Shown here: positions 47,110-56,861 of the stretch, piece after piece
How the letters are laid out: the number at the start of each line of letters is the position of its first letter
Numbering within the stretch: the first letter of the stretch is position 1
Assembly: GCA_041656935.1 (NCBI GenBank)
Contig: JBBACQ010000004.1
Coordinates: 8,557 to 72,556 of the forward strand
Direction of reading: 5' to 3'
DNA: 64,000 bases
Source of the DNA: Patescibacteria group bacterium
GTDB taxonomy: Bacteria > Patescibacteriota > Patescibacteriia > Patescibacteriales > UBA12465
Program-made: the position numbers and the translations under genes
The notes under the pieces: generated by a model
What the model was told of the DNA's origin: nothing
The model's database searches: none
Seen by the model: only the letters and a program-made list of their open reading frames with translations

Positions 47110-47185
47110 ATCTAAATTAGAGATATATTATAAACTTTATTTCGAAAACTATTCTCAGCTTCAAATCTTTTTTTCTCCTCTGCCT

Positions 47186-48568
47186 CTAAATTCGCTCTTT
47201 TAAACGATTAACCAATTCATCAATTTTAATCCTCTCCTGTTTCATAGTATCACGATCACGCCAAGTAACATCATTATTTTCCAAAGAATCAAAATCAATT
47301 GTTAAACAAAAAGGTGTTCCAATTTCATCTTGACGCCGATATCGTTTACCAATATTACCATTATCATCAAACTCACACCGCCAGTCCTTTTTTAAAATAT
47401 CAAAAACTTCCTTAGCTTTAGCTACTAGCTCCGGCTTGTTTTTCAATAATGGAAAAACGGCTACTTTTATCGGAGCTAACTTCGGCGCTAATTTTAAAAC
47501 TACTCGACTATCATCACCCTCTAATTTTTCCTCATTATAGCTATCACATAATAAGGCTAAAAAAGTTCGCCCGACTCCAGCCGAAGTCTCAATAATATGC
47601 GGGATATATTTTTTATTCTTAACCGGGTCTAAATAACTTAGGTCTTGGCCCGAACCCTTACTGTGTTGGCTTAAATCATAATCACCCCGATCATGAATCC
47701 CCTCTAATTCTTTGAAACCAAAGGGAAAATTATATTCAATATCATAAGCTTCTTGGGCATAAAAAACTAGATTTTCGTGTTGGTGCCATTTTAAATTTTC
47801 TTTTTTAATACCTAAACCGAGATAAAAATCAAACCGCCGTTCTCGCCATAAATCATAATATTTTTTAGCCTCTTCGGGAAGAACAAAATATTGCATTTCC
47901 ATTTGTTCAAATTCACGAGTACGAAAGATAAATTGTCGAGCCGTAATTTCATTACGAAAGGCCTTGCCAATTTGAGCAATACCAAAAGGAATTTTAACCC
48001 GAGTGGAATCTAAAACATTTTTATAATTAACATAAATTCCCTGACAAGTTTCACCCCGAAGATAAGTTGGTTCCTTAGTAAAATCACCAGTAAAATTTCC
48101 TAAATTAGATTTTACTAATAAATTAAAATTCTTTCCGGCGGTAAAATCTCCAGCTCCACAATTAGGGCATTTAATTTTAGCTTTATTGTCTGAAAAAATT
48201 TTATTAATTTCTTCTTCGGTCATCTTTTCATCCGCCACAATCCCCTGATCTTCTAACAAACTGTCTAAACGCAAACGACTATGACATTTTTTACATTCAG
48301 TTAAGGGATCAGAAAAACCCTTAACATGCCCGGAGGCCTGCCAAATTTTAGGACTCATAAAAATAGCACTATCTAAACCGACAATATCATCTTGAAGTTG
48401 AGTCATTTCTTTCCACCAAGCATTTTTTATATTATTAGCTAATTCTACACCATAAGGACCAAAATCATAAACAGCCGAAAAACCATCATAAATTTCCGAG
48501 GATGGAAAAACAAACCCCCGTCGTTTACAAAGGGACACAATTTTTTCTAGTTGATCTTCTTTTTTCAT
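47186..48568 (-). CDS. glyQS: Glycyl-tRNA synthetase, alpha2 (GlyQS) type.
   Basis: Class II aaRS with the GlyRS-specific N-terminal YDFGPYGVELANNIKNAWW..SGHV and a C-terminal anticodon-binding domain. Confidence 0.85.
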   Translation of the reverse strand: MKKEDQLEKIVSLCKRRGFVFPSSEIYDGFSAVYDFGPYGVELANNIKNAWWKEMTQLQDDIVGLDSAIFMSPKIWQASGHVKGFSDPLTECKKCHSRLRLDSLLEDQGIVADEKMTEEEINKIFSDNKAKIKCPNCGAGDFTAGKNFNLLVKSNLGNFTGDFTKEPTYLRGETCQGIYVNYKNVLDSTRVKIPFGIAQIGKAFRNEITARQFIFRTREFEQMEMQYFVLPEEAKKYYDLWRERRFDFYLGLGIKKENLKWHQHENLVFYAQEAYDIEYNFPFGFKELEGIHDRGDYDLSQHSKGSGQDLSYLDPVKNKKYIPHIIETSAGVGRTFLALLCDSYNEEKLEGDDSRVVLKLAPKLAPIKVAVFPLLKNKPELVAKAKEVFDILKKDWRCEFDDNGNIGKRYRRQDEIGTPFCLTIDFDSLENNDVTWRDRDTMKQERIKIDELVNRLKERI

Positions 48569-48577
48569 TTTTTTAGA

Positions 48578-50245
48578 TTAAATTTCATCTAAGGGATCAA
48601 TCCCTAAGAGGCTTAAAGCATTTTGGGCTACTAAGGCAACAGCGTAAACAAAACCCAACCGAGCTTTTTTGGTCTTTTCTTCTGCTTGAATAATTTTTAC
48701 TTTTTGATAATATTCATTAAAAGTTTTAAACAACTGAAATAAATATTTAGCAATTTCACTGGGATCATAATCTTTTTGAGATTTTATTATTATCTCTGGA
48801 TATTTAGCTAATTTAGAAACTAATTCTTTCTCCATTTTATCATTTAAAAACTTATAGTCAAGTTGAGATTGGGGCCGGAAAGAGGCTTTTCTTAAAATAC
48901 TTTTAATTCTAGCTAAACCATATAATATATATAAAGCACTGAAACCATCAAATTTAGTAGCTTCCTTAATATCAAAAGTTATTATTTTATTACTAGATAT
49001 TTTTAAGGTTTCAAATTTCAGAATAGCAATGGCTAATTTATCGCTATTTTTCTCAATTTTTTTCTCTTTCCAATCAGGGTGTCTTTTTCGGGTTTCAATG
49101 ATTAACTCCTGCCAAACTTTATTATATAATTTTTCGAAAGGAACAGCGTTTCCAGAACGAGAAGACATCATCCCCTCAGGTAAGGTTACAAAATCATAAG
49201 ACAAATGAAAAAAATTTTGTTTATACCCAGCTAAGGATAAAACTTTAAATAATTGTTGGAAATAAAGCTTTTGTCTAACATCAACGATAATATAAGAGTT
49301 TTTCAAATTTTTAAAATCTTTAGATTTTTTTTCAATTAAAGCTAAATCGGCTACAGGATAAAGAGCCGTTCCGTCGCTTCTAATAATAGGTAAAATCCCT
49401 AAATTATATTTTTCTAAATCAGCTATAATGGCTCCCTCACTTTTTTTAAAAATTCCTTTTTTTATAAAAGTATTAACCATTTTAAAACCTCTCTTAATAA
49501 CTTCACTTTCAAAATAAGTTTTCTTGAAATTAACTCCCAATTTTTTATAAATACTATTAAACTCTTCTAAACTAATTTTTCTAGTTTTCTTCCATAATCT
49601 ATAATTTTCTCCTCGTCTTTTTTCAATATCAGTCATAATGGAGGTAACCTCTCTAACAATTAAAGGATCATCCTTGGTTTTTTTAACAGTATTGGCATAA
49701 CATTTATTAAGGTTTTCACTATACTTTTTTTTATAGCTCCAAATAGCTTTGGCGGTATGAATACCAAAATCGTTGATATAAGAAACTGGAGAGGCCTTAA
49801 AACCATTAACTAAGGCTATTTTATAGATAGAATCACCAAAACAAATATTTCTTAAGTGCCCAATATGAAAATCTTTATGGGTATTAACATTACTGTACTC
49901 AAAAATATTAACATTCCCTCCGCCGGATTTATTATGGCCATACTTTTTTTTATTTTTTAAAATATCTTCTAAAATGGATTTGAATAAATATTCTTTTTTA
50001 ATAAAAAAATTTAAGTAGCCACCTAAATATGTCGAAGATTCAATTACTCTTTCTAATTTTTTATTATTAAAAATTTTTTCCTTATAATCTTCCCCAACTT
50101 TTTCGGGAGAGAGTTTCATCTCTTGGGCTTTCTTAAAAACAGGCAAAGAAAAATCCCCCCAATCAGATTTAGGTGGATAAATTAATTCTTGAGGATTAAC
50201 ATTTAATTCGAAAGCGGTTAGCTCTTTTATTTTGTCTAAAAACAT
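48578..50245 (-). CDS. argS: Arginyl-tRNA synthetase.
   Basis: HIGHLRNICFGDSIYKI..YINDFGIHT (class I HIGH region in the ArgRS pattern). MSSRSGN. DALR-type C-terminal domain. Confidence 0.8.
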   Translation of the reverse strand: MFLDKIKELTAFELNVNPQELIYPPKSDWGDFSLPVFKKAQEMKLSPEKVGEDYKEKIFNNKKLERVIESSTYLGGYLNFFIKKEYLFKSILEDILKNKKKYGHNKSGGGNVNIFEYSNVNTHKDFHIGHLRNICFGDSIYKIALVNGFKASPVSYINDFGIHTAKAIWSYKKKYSENLNKCYANTVKKTKDDPLIVREVTSIMTDIEKRRGENYRLWKKTRKISLEEFNSIYKKLGVNFKKTYFESEVIKRGFKMVNTFIKKGIFKKSEGAIIADLEKYNLGILPIIRSDGTALYPVADLALIEKKSKDFKNLKNSYIIVDVRQKLYFQQLFKVLSLAGYKQNFFHLSYDFVTLPEGMMSSRSGNAVPFEKLYNKVWQELIIETRKRHPDWKEKKIEKNSDKLAIAILKFETLKISSNKIITFDIKEATKFDGFSALYILYGLARIKSILRKASFRPQSQLDYKFLNDKMEKELVSKLAKYPEIIIKSQKDYDPSEIAKYLFQLFKTFNEYYQKVKIIQAEEKTKKARLGFVYAVALVAQNALSLLGIDPLDEI

Positions 50246-50250
50246 AGAGA

Positions 50251-51468
50251 TTATTTAGCCTTTAATTTAATAAATTGTCGTTTGCCTCGCTGGATTATCA
50301 AATCATCTTTAATTTCTATTTCTAAATTTACATCTTTGACTACTTCCTCATTTATCTTTATACCTCCCTGTTCAATTAAACGACGAGCCTCACCCTTACT
50401 AACGGCCAATTTAATATCTACTAATAGATCAACTATTTTTTTAACTCCTTTTGCTAGTGAAACCTCTAATATTTCTTCGGGGGTTTCCTTTTTTTGAAAA
50501 GTACTAATAAAATAATTTTGTGCCTCGTCGGCTAATTTAGTACCATGAAATATTTTAACGATTTCATAAGCTAATTTCATTTTTAAATCTCGGGGATTGG
50601 TTTTATCTTCCTCTAAACTTTTCTTCATCTCTTTTACTTCCATAAAATCAACTTGAGTGCAAAGTTCAAAAGCATTAATAATAACCCCATCCGGCCAAGA
50701 CATTATTTTACCAAACATCTCAGTATTTTTCTCATTCAAAAACACAGCATTACCTTCGCTTTTGCCCATTTTATTACCATCATCGTCTTCCAATAACTTT
50801 AAAGTCATAACAAATTTCTCTTTGTTATTTATAATTTTTTGCAAATCCCGCCCACACATCATATTAAACATCTGATCGTTTCCTCCAATTTCTAAATCAA
50901 CTCCCATGGTCACACTATCGTAACCCTGAGTTAAGGGGTAAAGAAACTCATGTAGATAAATAGGTTTTTCATTTTTTAATCTTTCTTGGAACATATCTCT
51001 CTGAAGCATTTGCTGGACTGTGAAATGAGAAGATAATTCAATCAACTCTTTAAAGGTAAGTTTATCATTCCATTTACTATTGTATAAAACTTTGGCTGAA
51101 TTTTTCCCAGAAAATTTTAAAAAATGAGAAGCTTGCTTTTTATAATCTTTAGAATTAGTTCGGACTTCCTTTCTAGTCAATTTTTTTCTAACCGCCTGTT
51201 TATCAGTCGGGTCACCAATCATTCCAGTAAAATCACCTATTAAAAATAAAACCTGATGCCCCAATTTCTGAAATTGACCCATTTTATTAATAGAGATAGC
51301 ATTCCCAATGTGTAAAGACGAAGCGCTGGGATCATAACCACAATATAATTTCAGGGGCTGTCCGGTCATTAATCTCTTTTTTAAAGCTTCTTTACTAGGA
51401 TAAATTTTCTCTACTCCTCGCTCTAATAATTCGTCAATAATTTGACCTTCAGTAATAACTTTGCTCAT
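50251..51468 (-). CDS. tyrS: Tyrosyl-tRNA synthetase.
   Basis: YCGYDPSASSLHIGNAI. KMGKS. C-terminal S4 domain (GEARRLIEQGGIKIN). Confidence 0.85.
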   Translation of the reverse strand: MSKVITEGQIIDELLERGVEKIYPSKEALKKRLMTGQPLKLYCGYDPSASSLHIGNAISINKMGQFQKLGHQVLFLIGDFTGMIGDPTDKQAVRKKLTRKEVRTNSKDYKKQASHFLKFSGKNSAKVLYNSKWNDKLTFKELIELSSHFTVQQMLQRDMFQERLKNEKPIYLHEFLYPLTQGYDSVTMGVDLEIGGNDQMFNMMCGRDLQKIINNKEKFVMTLKLLEDDDGNKMGKSEGNAVFLNEKNTEMFGKIMSWPDGVIINAFELCTQVDFMEVKEMKKSLEEDKTNPRDLKMKLAYEIVKIFHGTKLADEAQNYFISTFQKKETPEEILEVSLAKGVKKIVDLLVDIKLAVSKGEARRLIEQGGIKINEEVVKDVNLEIEIKDDLIIQRGKRQFIKLKAK

Positions 51469-51565
51469 ATTTTTAAAATTAGTATTTTAATTTAGGTCTC
51501 CTAAACAACTGTAAATATTGTATATTATTTATCTTTTTTTGGCAAACAAAAAAAGTCCTAGTTCT

Positions 51566-51593
51566 TTTACATTTTTAAAAAATATGTTATAAT
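51566..51593 (+). promoter_or_regulatory. Candidate promoter for the plus-strand gene string 51675-56806.
   Basis: TTTACA, 16 nt, TATAAT. Confidence 0.4.
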
Positions 51594-51674
51594 TTAACTA
51601 GCCATGAAAATAATTAAAATAATAAAAATGTTAATTAATTATCTTAAAAATTAAAAATTTTAAGATTTAAAACT

Positions 51675-52667
51675 ATGCTATCATATCGTGCTATTTTAAA
51701 ACAAGCTCTAAGAATCTCTTGGAAAAATAAATTATTGTGGTTTTTCGGCTTTTTTGCCTCTTTAATAAGTTTTACCGCTGAATTTAAAATCATTACTCAA
51801 TCTTTAAATCGAAATATGGGGGTTAGCTCTATTAATAACATTAAAACCTTCATAAATACTGGTATTTTTTCTAAAAATGCTTGGACAAATATTGTAGAAT
51901 TAATTAAAAACGATCCGAAATCAATTCTTTTCCTTATTTTTGTTTTACTAATTATTATGGCTGTTGTTGCCTTTTTCGCTTGGTTATCAACTGTTTCTCA
52001 AATTTCAATTATCGATTCAGTTAATAAAATAATGAAAGGAAAGATTGAAAAATTAACCATAAAGAAAAGTATTCAAACAGGTAATAAAAAATTCTGGCCA
52101 GTATTCCTATTAAATGTCTTTATTTCTTTAGTTGTCTGGATTTCTCATTTAATCATCGGGACTCTCTTATTATTAGCCATTGTTAAAAATCAAGCTCTAA
52201 CCGTTTTATTATATGGTTTAATTTTTATAATTTTTATACCCTTATCTCTATTTATATCTTTTGTCATAAAATATGCTATTGCTTATTCAATTATTGAAGG
52301 AAAAAAAATGGGGCAAGCTATAAAACAAGGCTGGAAGCTTTTCCTTAAAAACTGGTTAATTAGCGTAGAGATGTCAATAATATTATTTTTTGTTAATATT
52401 ATTACTTTAATATTATTATCAATAATATCGTTTATTGGGTTCTTCTTATTCTTCGGTTTAGCCCTATCAACCGTCTTTTTAATCCCATCAAGTATTTTCT
52501 TCTGGATAATAATAATCCTAGGAGGACTTTTCCTATTAGCCGTGATGGTTTTAGGTGGAGCTTTATTAAATGTTTTCCAAATTACTTCTTGGACTGATCT
52601 TTTTGTCCAATTACGAGGAGACCAAAATATTGGTAAATTAGAGAAGATATTCCAAACTCAAAAATAA
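51675..52667 (+). CDS. Hypothetical polytopic membrane protein.
   Basis: At least 6 predicted TM helices. No PilC/GspF motifs. Confidence 0.5.
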   Translation: MLSYRAILKQALRISWKNKLLWFFGFFASLISFTAEFKIITQSLNRNMGVSSINNIKTFINTGIFSKNAWTNIVELIKNDPKSILFLIFVLLIIMAVVAFFAWLSTVSQISIIDSVNKIMKGKIEKLTIKKSIQTGNKKFWPVFLLNVFISLVVWISHLIIGTLLLLAIVKNQALTVLLYGLIFIIFIPLSLFISFVIKYAIAYSIIEGKKMGQAIKQGWKLFLKNWLISVEMSIILFFVNIITLILLSIISFIGFFLFFGLALSTVFLIPSSIFFWIIIILGGLFLLAVMVLGGALLNVFQITSWTDLFVQLRGDQNIGKLEKIFQTQK

Positions 52668-52687
52668 GATATAAATTAAAATAATCT

Positions 52688-55600
52688 ATGAGTGATTTTG
52701 ACTCAATTTCTAGTTTGTTGAAAGAAAATTCAGCCAGTTCTAATGATAATAATGCTACCAAGAAATTATCGAATAAACAACAAGAAATAAAAAATAAGGA
52801 AATAGAGAAACAAACACAGGCCAGAGCGCAAACTTTAGGCCTGTCTTATATTAATTTATTTGGTTTTCCTATCAGCCCCGAAGCCCTCACTTTAATAGAC
52901 GAAGAAATTTCTATAAAAAATGAAGTTCTTTGTTTTTTTTATGATGGGGAAAATGTCAGAATCGGAACCACTGAACCCAAAAACCCCGAAATTGAAAAAA
53001 TCATAAATAATATAAATGAAAAATATCATACTAAAAGCAATCTCTATTTGATATCAAAAAACAGTTTAGAACATGGGATAAAGATTTATCAAACAATTCC
53101 TAAAAATGAAATCACTAGTAAAGGTGTCCAGATTAAAGAGGAAGATTTAGAAAAATTTAAAAACGAAATAAACGATTTTAAAAGTTTAGATAAAAAAATA
53201 AACGAAGTTAGTATTTCTGACGTAGTTACTCTGCTCTTGGCGACGGCTCTAAAATCGGATTCCAGTGATATCCATATTGAATCGGAGAGTGAAGGAATTA
53301 TAGTAAGACTAAGAATTGATGGAGTTTTGCAAGAGGCCGCCACCATAAAAAAAGAGAGTTGGAGAAAAATAATTTCTCGCATGAAAATATTAGCGGGAGT
53401 AAAAATAAATATTGACGATAAACCTCAAGATGGTCGTTATTCAGTCTTTTTAAAAGACAGTCGGATTGATATTCGATCTTCTTTTCTACCAACCGCTTAT
53501 GGAGAAAGTGTGGTTATGCGATTATTAAAATCTAGCTCGGTTAGTTTGTCCTTTGACGATTTAGGTTTAAGAAAGCATAATTATCAAATATTGAAAAAGG
53601 AAATAGAAAAACCTAATGGGCTAGTTTTAACCACTGGACCAACTGGTAGTGGAAAAACAACCACTTTATACGCTATTCTAAACCAATTAAATGATTCTGA
53701 GACCAAAATTATAACCTTAGAAGACCCAATTGAATATCAATTAACTGGCATTAGCCAAAGCCAAATAGAACCAAAAAAGGGCTATACCTTTTCTTCCGGT
53801 TTAAGATCTGTTTTACGCCAAGATCCGGATATCGTTATGGTAGGAGAAATTAGAGACATCGAAACAGCCGAAATAGCCATTCAATCTAGCTTAACTGGAC
53901 ATTTGGTTTTATCAACCTTGCACACTAATGACGCTTCGGGAGTTATTCCTCGTTTAATAGACATGGGAATAAAATCTTATTTATTAGTTCCCTCTATCAA
54001 TGCTGTGGTTGGACAAAGATTAGTTAGAAAACTTTGTCCAGAATGTAAAGAAATTCATAAATTAGATGATGAGGAAGAAAATTTAATAAAAAAAATCTTA
54101 GCAGTTATATCTCCTAAAGCTGAAGTAGAAGTTCCCAGAAATATTCCGACCGTTTTTAAAGTTGGCCCCGGATGTCCAGCTTGTAATAAAATTGGCTATA
54201 AGGGCCGAACTGGTATTTACGAAATATTCACCATGAATGATAAAATAAAACAATTAACTTCTGACAATGCCCCTTCTTTCAGAATATTGCAACAAGCCAT
54301 AGAAAGCGGAATGATTACAATGCTCCAAGATGGAATATTAAAAGTTCTAGAGGGGCAAACTAGTTTAGAAGAGATTTATCGAGTAGTCGGAAATTTTGAT
54401 TATATTGACGAATTATATGACATTGCCATTTCCGAAACTATTAGTCGAGGAATAAAAATAGAAACCAGTGAGATGGCCAAGGCTAAAGAAATATTAAAAG
54501 ATTATTCTCAGATAAATACAAATATTGAAAAAACTCCGAGTAAGGAAATAATATCTTTGCTCTTGGCTTTAGCTATTACAACTAATACTGGAGATTTACA
54601 TATTGAACCAACTGAAAAAAATGTTAAAATTCGTTTTAGAATTGACGGTGTTTTACACGATATCACCGAAATACCTAAAAATACTTTTCTACCCTTACTG
54701 GGAGAAATAAAAATACTAATTGGGTTAGAAACAAATGTTAAAAAATCATCTATTGATGGCCGATTTGCTATATCATTACCAGACAGAAAAATAGATTGCC
54801 GAGTTTCAATTATTTCGGGTGGCTACGGAGAAACTATTGTTATCAGATTATTGACTGGAGTGGAGGAAACTTTAGATTTAGAAAATATCGGTCTAGCTGA
54901 ATATAGTTTAGCTATTTTAAAAAATTCCATTAAAAAAACCAGAGGAATTATTTTAACTACTGGACCAACTGGTAGTGGAAAAACAACCACCTTATACAGT
55001 ATCTTAAAAAATATTAATACCCCTGATGTTAAAATAATAACTATAGAAGATCCGATTGAATATCAAATGGCTGGAATAATCCAGACTCAAACCAATCAGG
55101 AAGGTGGCTATACTTTTGCCTCAGCCATGCGATCAATATTAAGACAGAATCCTAATATCATGATGATTGGAGAAATCCGAGATACTGAAACAGCTAAAAT
55201 ATCATTAGAGGCCTCCTTAACTGGACATTTAGTTTTATCAACCGTTCATGCTAACAGTGCCTCTAGCGCCATATCTCGTTTTATTGGTTTGGGAGTTGAA
55301 AAATCAACCTTAGCTAACGCTTTAGAATGTTCGATTGGTCAAAGATTGGTTAGAAAAATTTGTCCTTCCTGTGAAAAAGAAGAGGTTTTAATTACCCCTC
55401 AACAACGGGAAGAAATTGAAAAAATATTAGGAAAAATAAACAATAATAAAGTTACTATCCCTAAAGAATTGAAATTTTATCGCGGAAAGGGTTGTCCTAA
55501 TTGTGGTAATATTGGCTATAAGGGCCGACTTGGTATTTATGAAATAATGGATATAAGTCCAACTATTAAAAAAGCTATTATTGATAAAGAGGTTAATGAT

Positions 55601-55717
55601 CAAGAAATTGAAAAATTAGCCGTTGAAAATGGAATGGTAACTATGTTACAAGATGGGATCTTAAAAGCTCTAGCTGGGCTAACAACTATTGATGAGGTCT
55701 TTAAAGTCGCTAAGTAA
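52688..55717 (+). CDS. pilB: Type IV pilus/T2SS assembly ATPase (PilB/GspE family) containing two complete tandem ATPase modules in one 1009-aa chain.
   Basis: N-terminal GSPII_E_N-like domain. Module 1 has LTTGPTGSGKTTTLYAIL, ITLEDPIEY, VGEIRD, LTGHLVLSTLH and CPEC...CPAC. Module 2 has LTTGPTGSGKTTTLYSIL, ITIEDPIEY, IGEIRD, LTGHLVLSTVH and CPSC...CPNC. Confidence 0.85.
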   Translation: MSDFDSISSLLKENSASSNDNNATKKLSNKQQEIKNKEIEKQTQARAQTLGLSYINLFGFPISPEALTLIDEEISIKNEVLCFFYDGENVRIGTTEPKNPEIEKIINNINEKYHTKSNLYLISKNSLEHGIKIYQTIPKNEITSKGVQIKEEDLEKFKNEINDFKSLDKKINEVSISDVVTLLLATALKSDSSDIHIESESEGIIVRLRIDGVLQEAATIKKESWRKIISRMKILAGVKINIDDKPQDGRYSVFLKDSRIDIRSSFLPTAYGESVVMRLLKSSSVSLSFDDLGLRKHNYQILKKEIEKPNGLVLTTGPTGSGKTTTLYAILNQLNDSETKIITLEDPIEYQLTGISQSQIEPKKGYTFSSGLRSVLRQDPDIVMVGEIRDIETAEIAIQSSLTGHLVLSTLHTNDASGVIPRLIDMGIKSYLLVPSINAVVGQRLVRKLCPECKEIHKLDDEEENLIKKILAVISPKAEVEVPRNIPTVFKVGPGCPACNKIGYKGRTGIYEIFTMNDKIKQLTSDNAPSFRILQQAIESGMITMLQDGILKVLEGQTSLEEIYRVVGNFDYIDELYDIAISETISRGIKIETSEMAKAKEILKDYSQINTNIEKTPSKEIISLLLALAITTNTGDLHIEPTEKNVKIRFRIDGVLHDITEIPKNTFLPLLGEIKILIGLETNVKKSSIDGRFAISLPDRKIDCRVSIISGGYGETIVIRLLTGVEETLDLENIGLAEYSLAILKNSIKKTRGIILTTGPTGSGKTTTLYSILKNINTPDVKIITIEDPIEYQMAGIIQTQTNQEGGYTFASAMRSILRQNPNIMMIGEIRDTETAKISLEASLTGHLVLSTVHANSASSAISRFIGLGVEKSTLANALECSIGQRLVRKICPSCEKEEVLITPQQREEIEKILGKINNNKVTIPKELKFYRGKGCPNCGNIGYKGRLGIYEIMDISPTIKKAIIDKEVNDQEIEKLAVENGMVTMLQDGILKALAGLTTIDEVFKVAK

Positions 55718-55737
55718 AAAATTAATATAATAATAAA

Positions 55738-56313
55738 ATGCTAGACAAAAAATTTTTAAACTCCCTTAAGAAAAATTATGCTAAAAGTAATATTGAAAGA
55801 AGACAAATAATTTCTTTAGCCAATATTGTTTTAAATAATTCTAAAAAAACTATTTTTGCCATTCACCGAAATGAATTAGATTTGGCCGAAAAAAATTTAG
55901 AAGATAACGAAAAAATAATTAAAAAAATAAATCGAGATTTTGGTGAGAACCGAGCAACCAAGGAAGGGGCTTTTATGGCCTCCCTAGAAGAATATGTTGA
56001 AGCTAGACTATTTTTTGATTTTGTAAAAACTGGTAAAATTGGGAAAGTTAAAGACTTAAACGTTCCGCTAGAATCATATATCGGAGGAATCTGTGATTTA
56101 AGTGGAGAATTAATTAGACGAGCCGTTAACGAAACTATTGAAAAAAACTTTTCTGAAATTAAAAAAATAAAAAAGATAATCAATGAAATTTTAAATGAAT
56201 TGATAGATTTTGATATTACTGGCTATCTAAGAACTAAATATGACCAAGCTCGAGGAAATTTGAAAAAAATAGAACAAATGGACTACGAAATAAGCTTAAA
56301 AAATTTAAAATAA
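55738..56313 (+). CDS. Translin-family-like protein (tentative).
   Basis: SLEEYVEARLFFDF...YIGGICDLSGELIRRAVN resembles the translin signature E.Y.EA..F...Y.GG..DL.GEL.R.A. Confidence 0.45.
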   Translation: MLDKKFLNSLKKNYAKSNIERRQIISLANIVLNNSKKTIFAIHRNELDLAEKNLEDNEKIIKKINRDFGENRATKEGAFMASLEEYVEARLFFDFVKTGKIGKVKDLNVPLESYIGGICDLSGELIRRAVNETIEKNFSEIKKIKKIINEILNELIDFDITGYLRTKYDQARGNLKKIEQMDYEISLKNLK

Positions 56314-56314
56314 A

Positions 56315-56806
56315 ATGAAAGTAGCTATTATTTCAGATATTCATGATAATTTAGCCAATCTCGGCTTTTTTTTAAATTTAACGAAGAAAGAAGAAATTGA
56401 AAAAATAATTTGTTTAGGAGATATTACTAACCAAGAAACCTTAAAAATACTAGCTCAGGGTTTTACAGGAGAAATTTTATTGGTTTATGGAAACATGGAA
56501 ATATATTCTGAGAACGATATTAAAGAATATCGAAATATTAATTATCTAGGAAGATTTGGCACCTCTCAATTAGGCAATTTTGTCGTAGGACTATGTCACG
56601 AACCGGGATTTATTAAAAACCTTTTTGAAAAAAATGAAGATTTGAATTTTATCTTTTACGGCCACACCCACAAACCTTGGCTTTCTATGAAAAACAAGGC
56701 CGTCCTTATAAATCCAGGGACACTCGGCGGAGTTTTTCAAAAAGCTAGTTATGCTATTTGGGACGATCAAGATGGTAAAATTAAATTAAAATTAATTCAT
56801 AATTAA
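56315..56806 (+). CDS. Calcineurin-like metallophosphoesterase (YfcE-like).
   Basis: KVAIISDIHDN, GD..N, GNME, GHTHKP motifs. Confidence 0.8.
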   Translation: MKVAIISDIHDNLANLGFFLNLTKKEEIEKIICLGDITNQETLKILAQGFTGEILLVYGNMEIYSENDIKEYRNINYLGRFGTSQLGNFVVGLCHEPGFIKNLFEKNEDLNFIFYGHTHKPWLSMKNKAVLINPGTLGGVFQKASYAIWDDQDGKIKLKLIHN

Positions 56807-56861
56807 AACTCTACTAGCAAAAAAATAATCTGGAAATTATAAAAACTATAAAAAGATAGAG

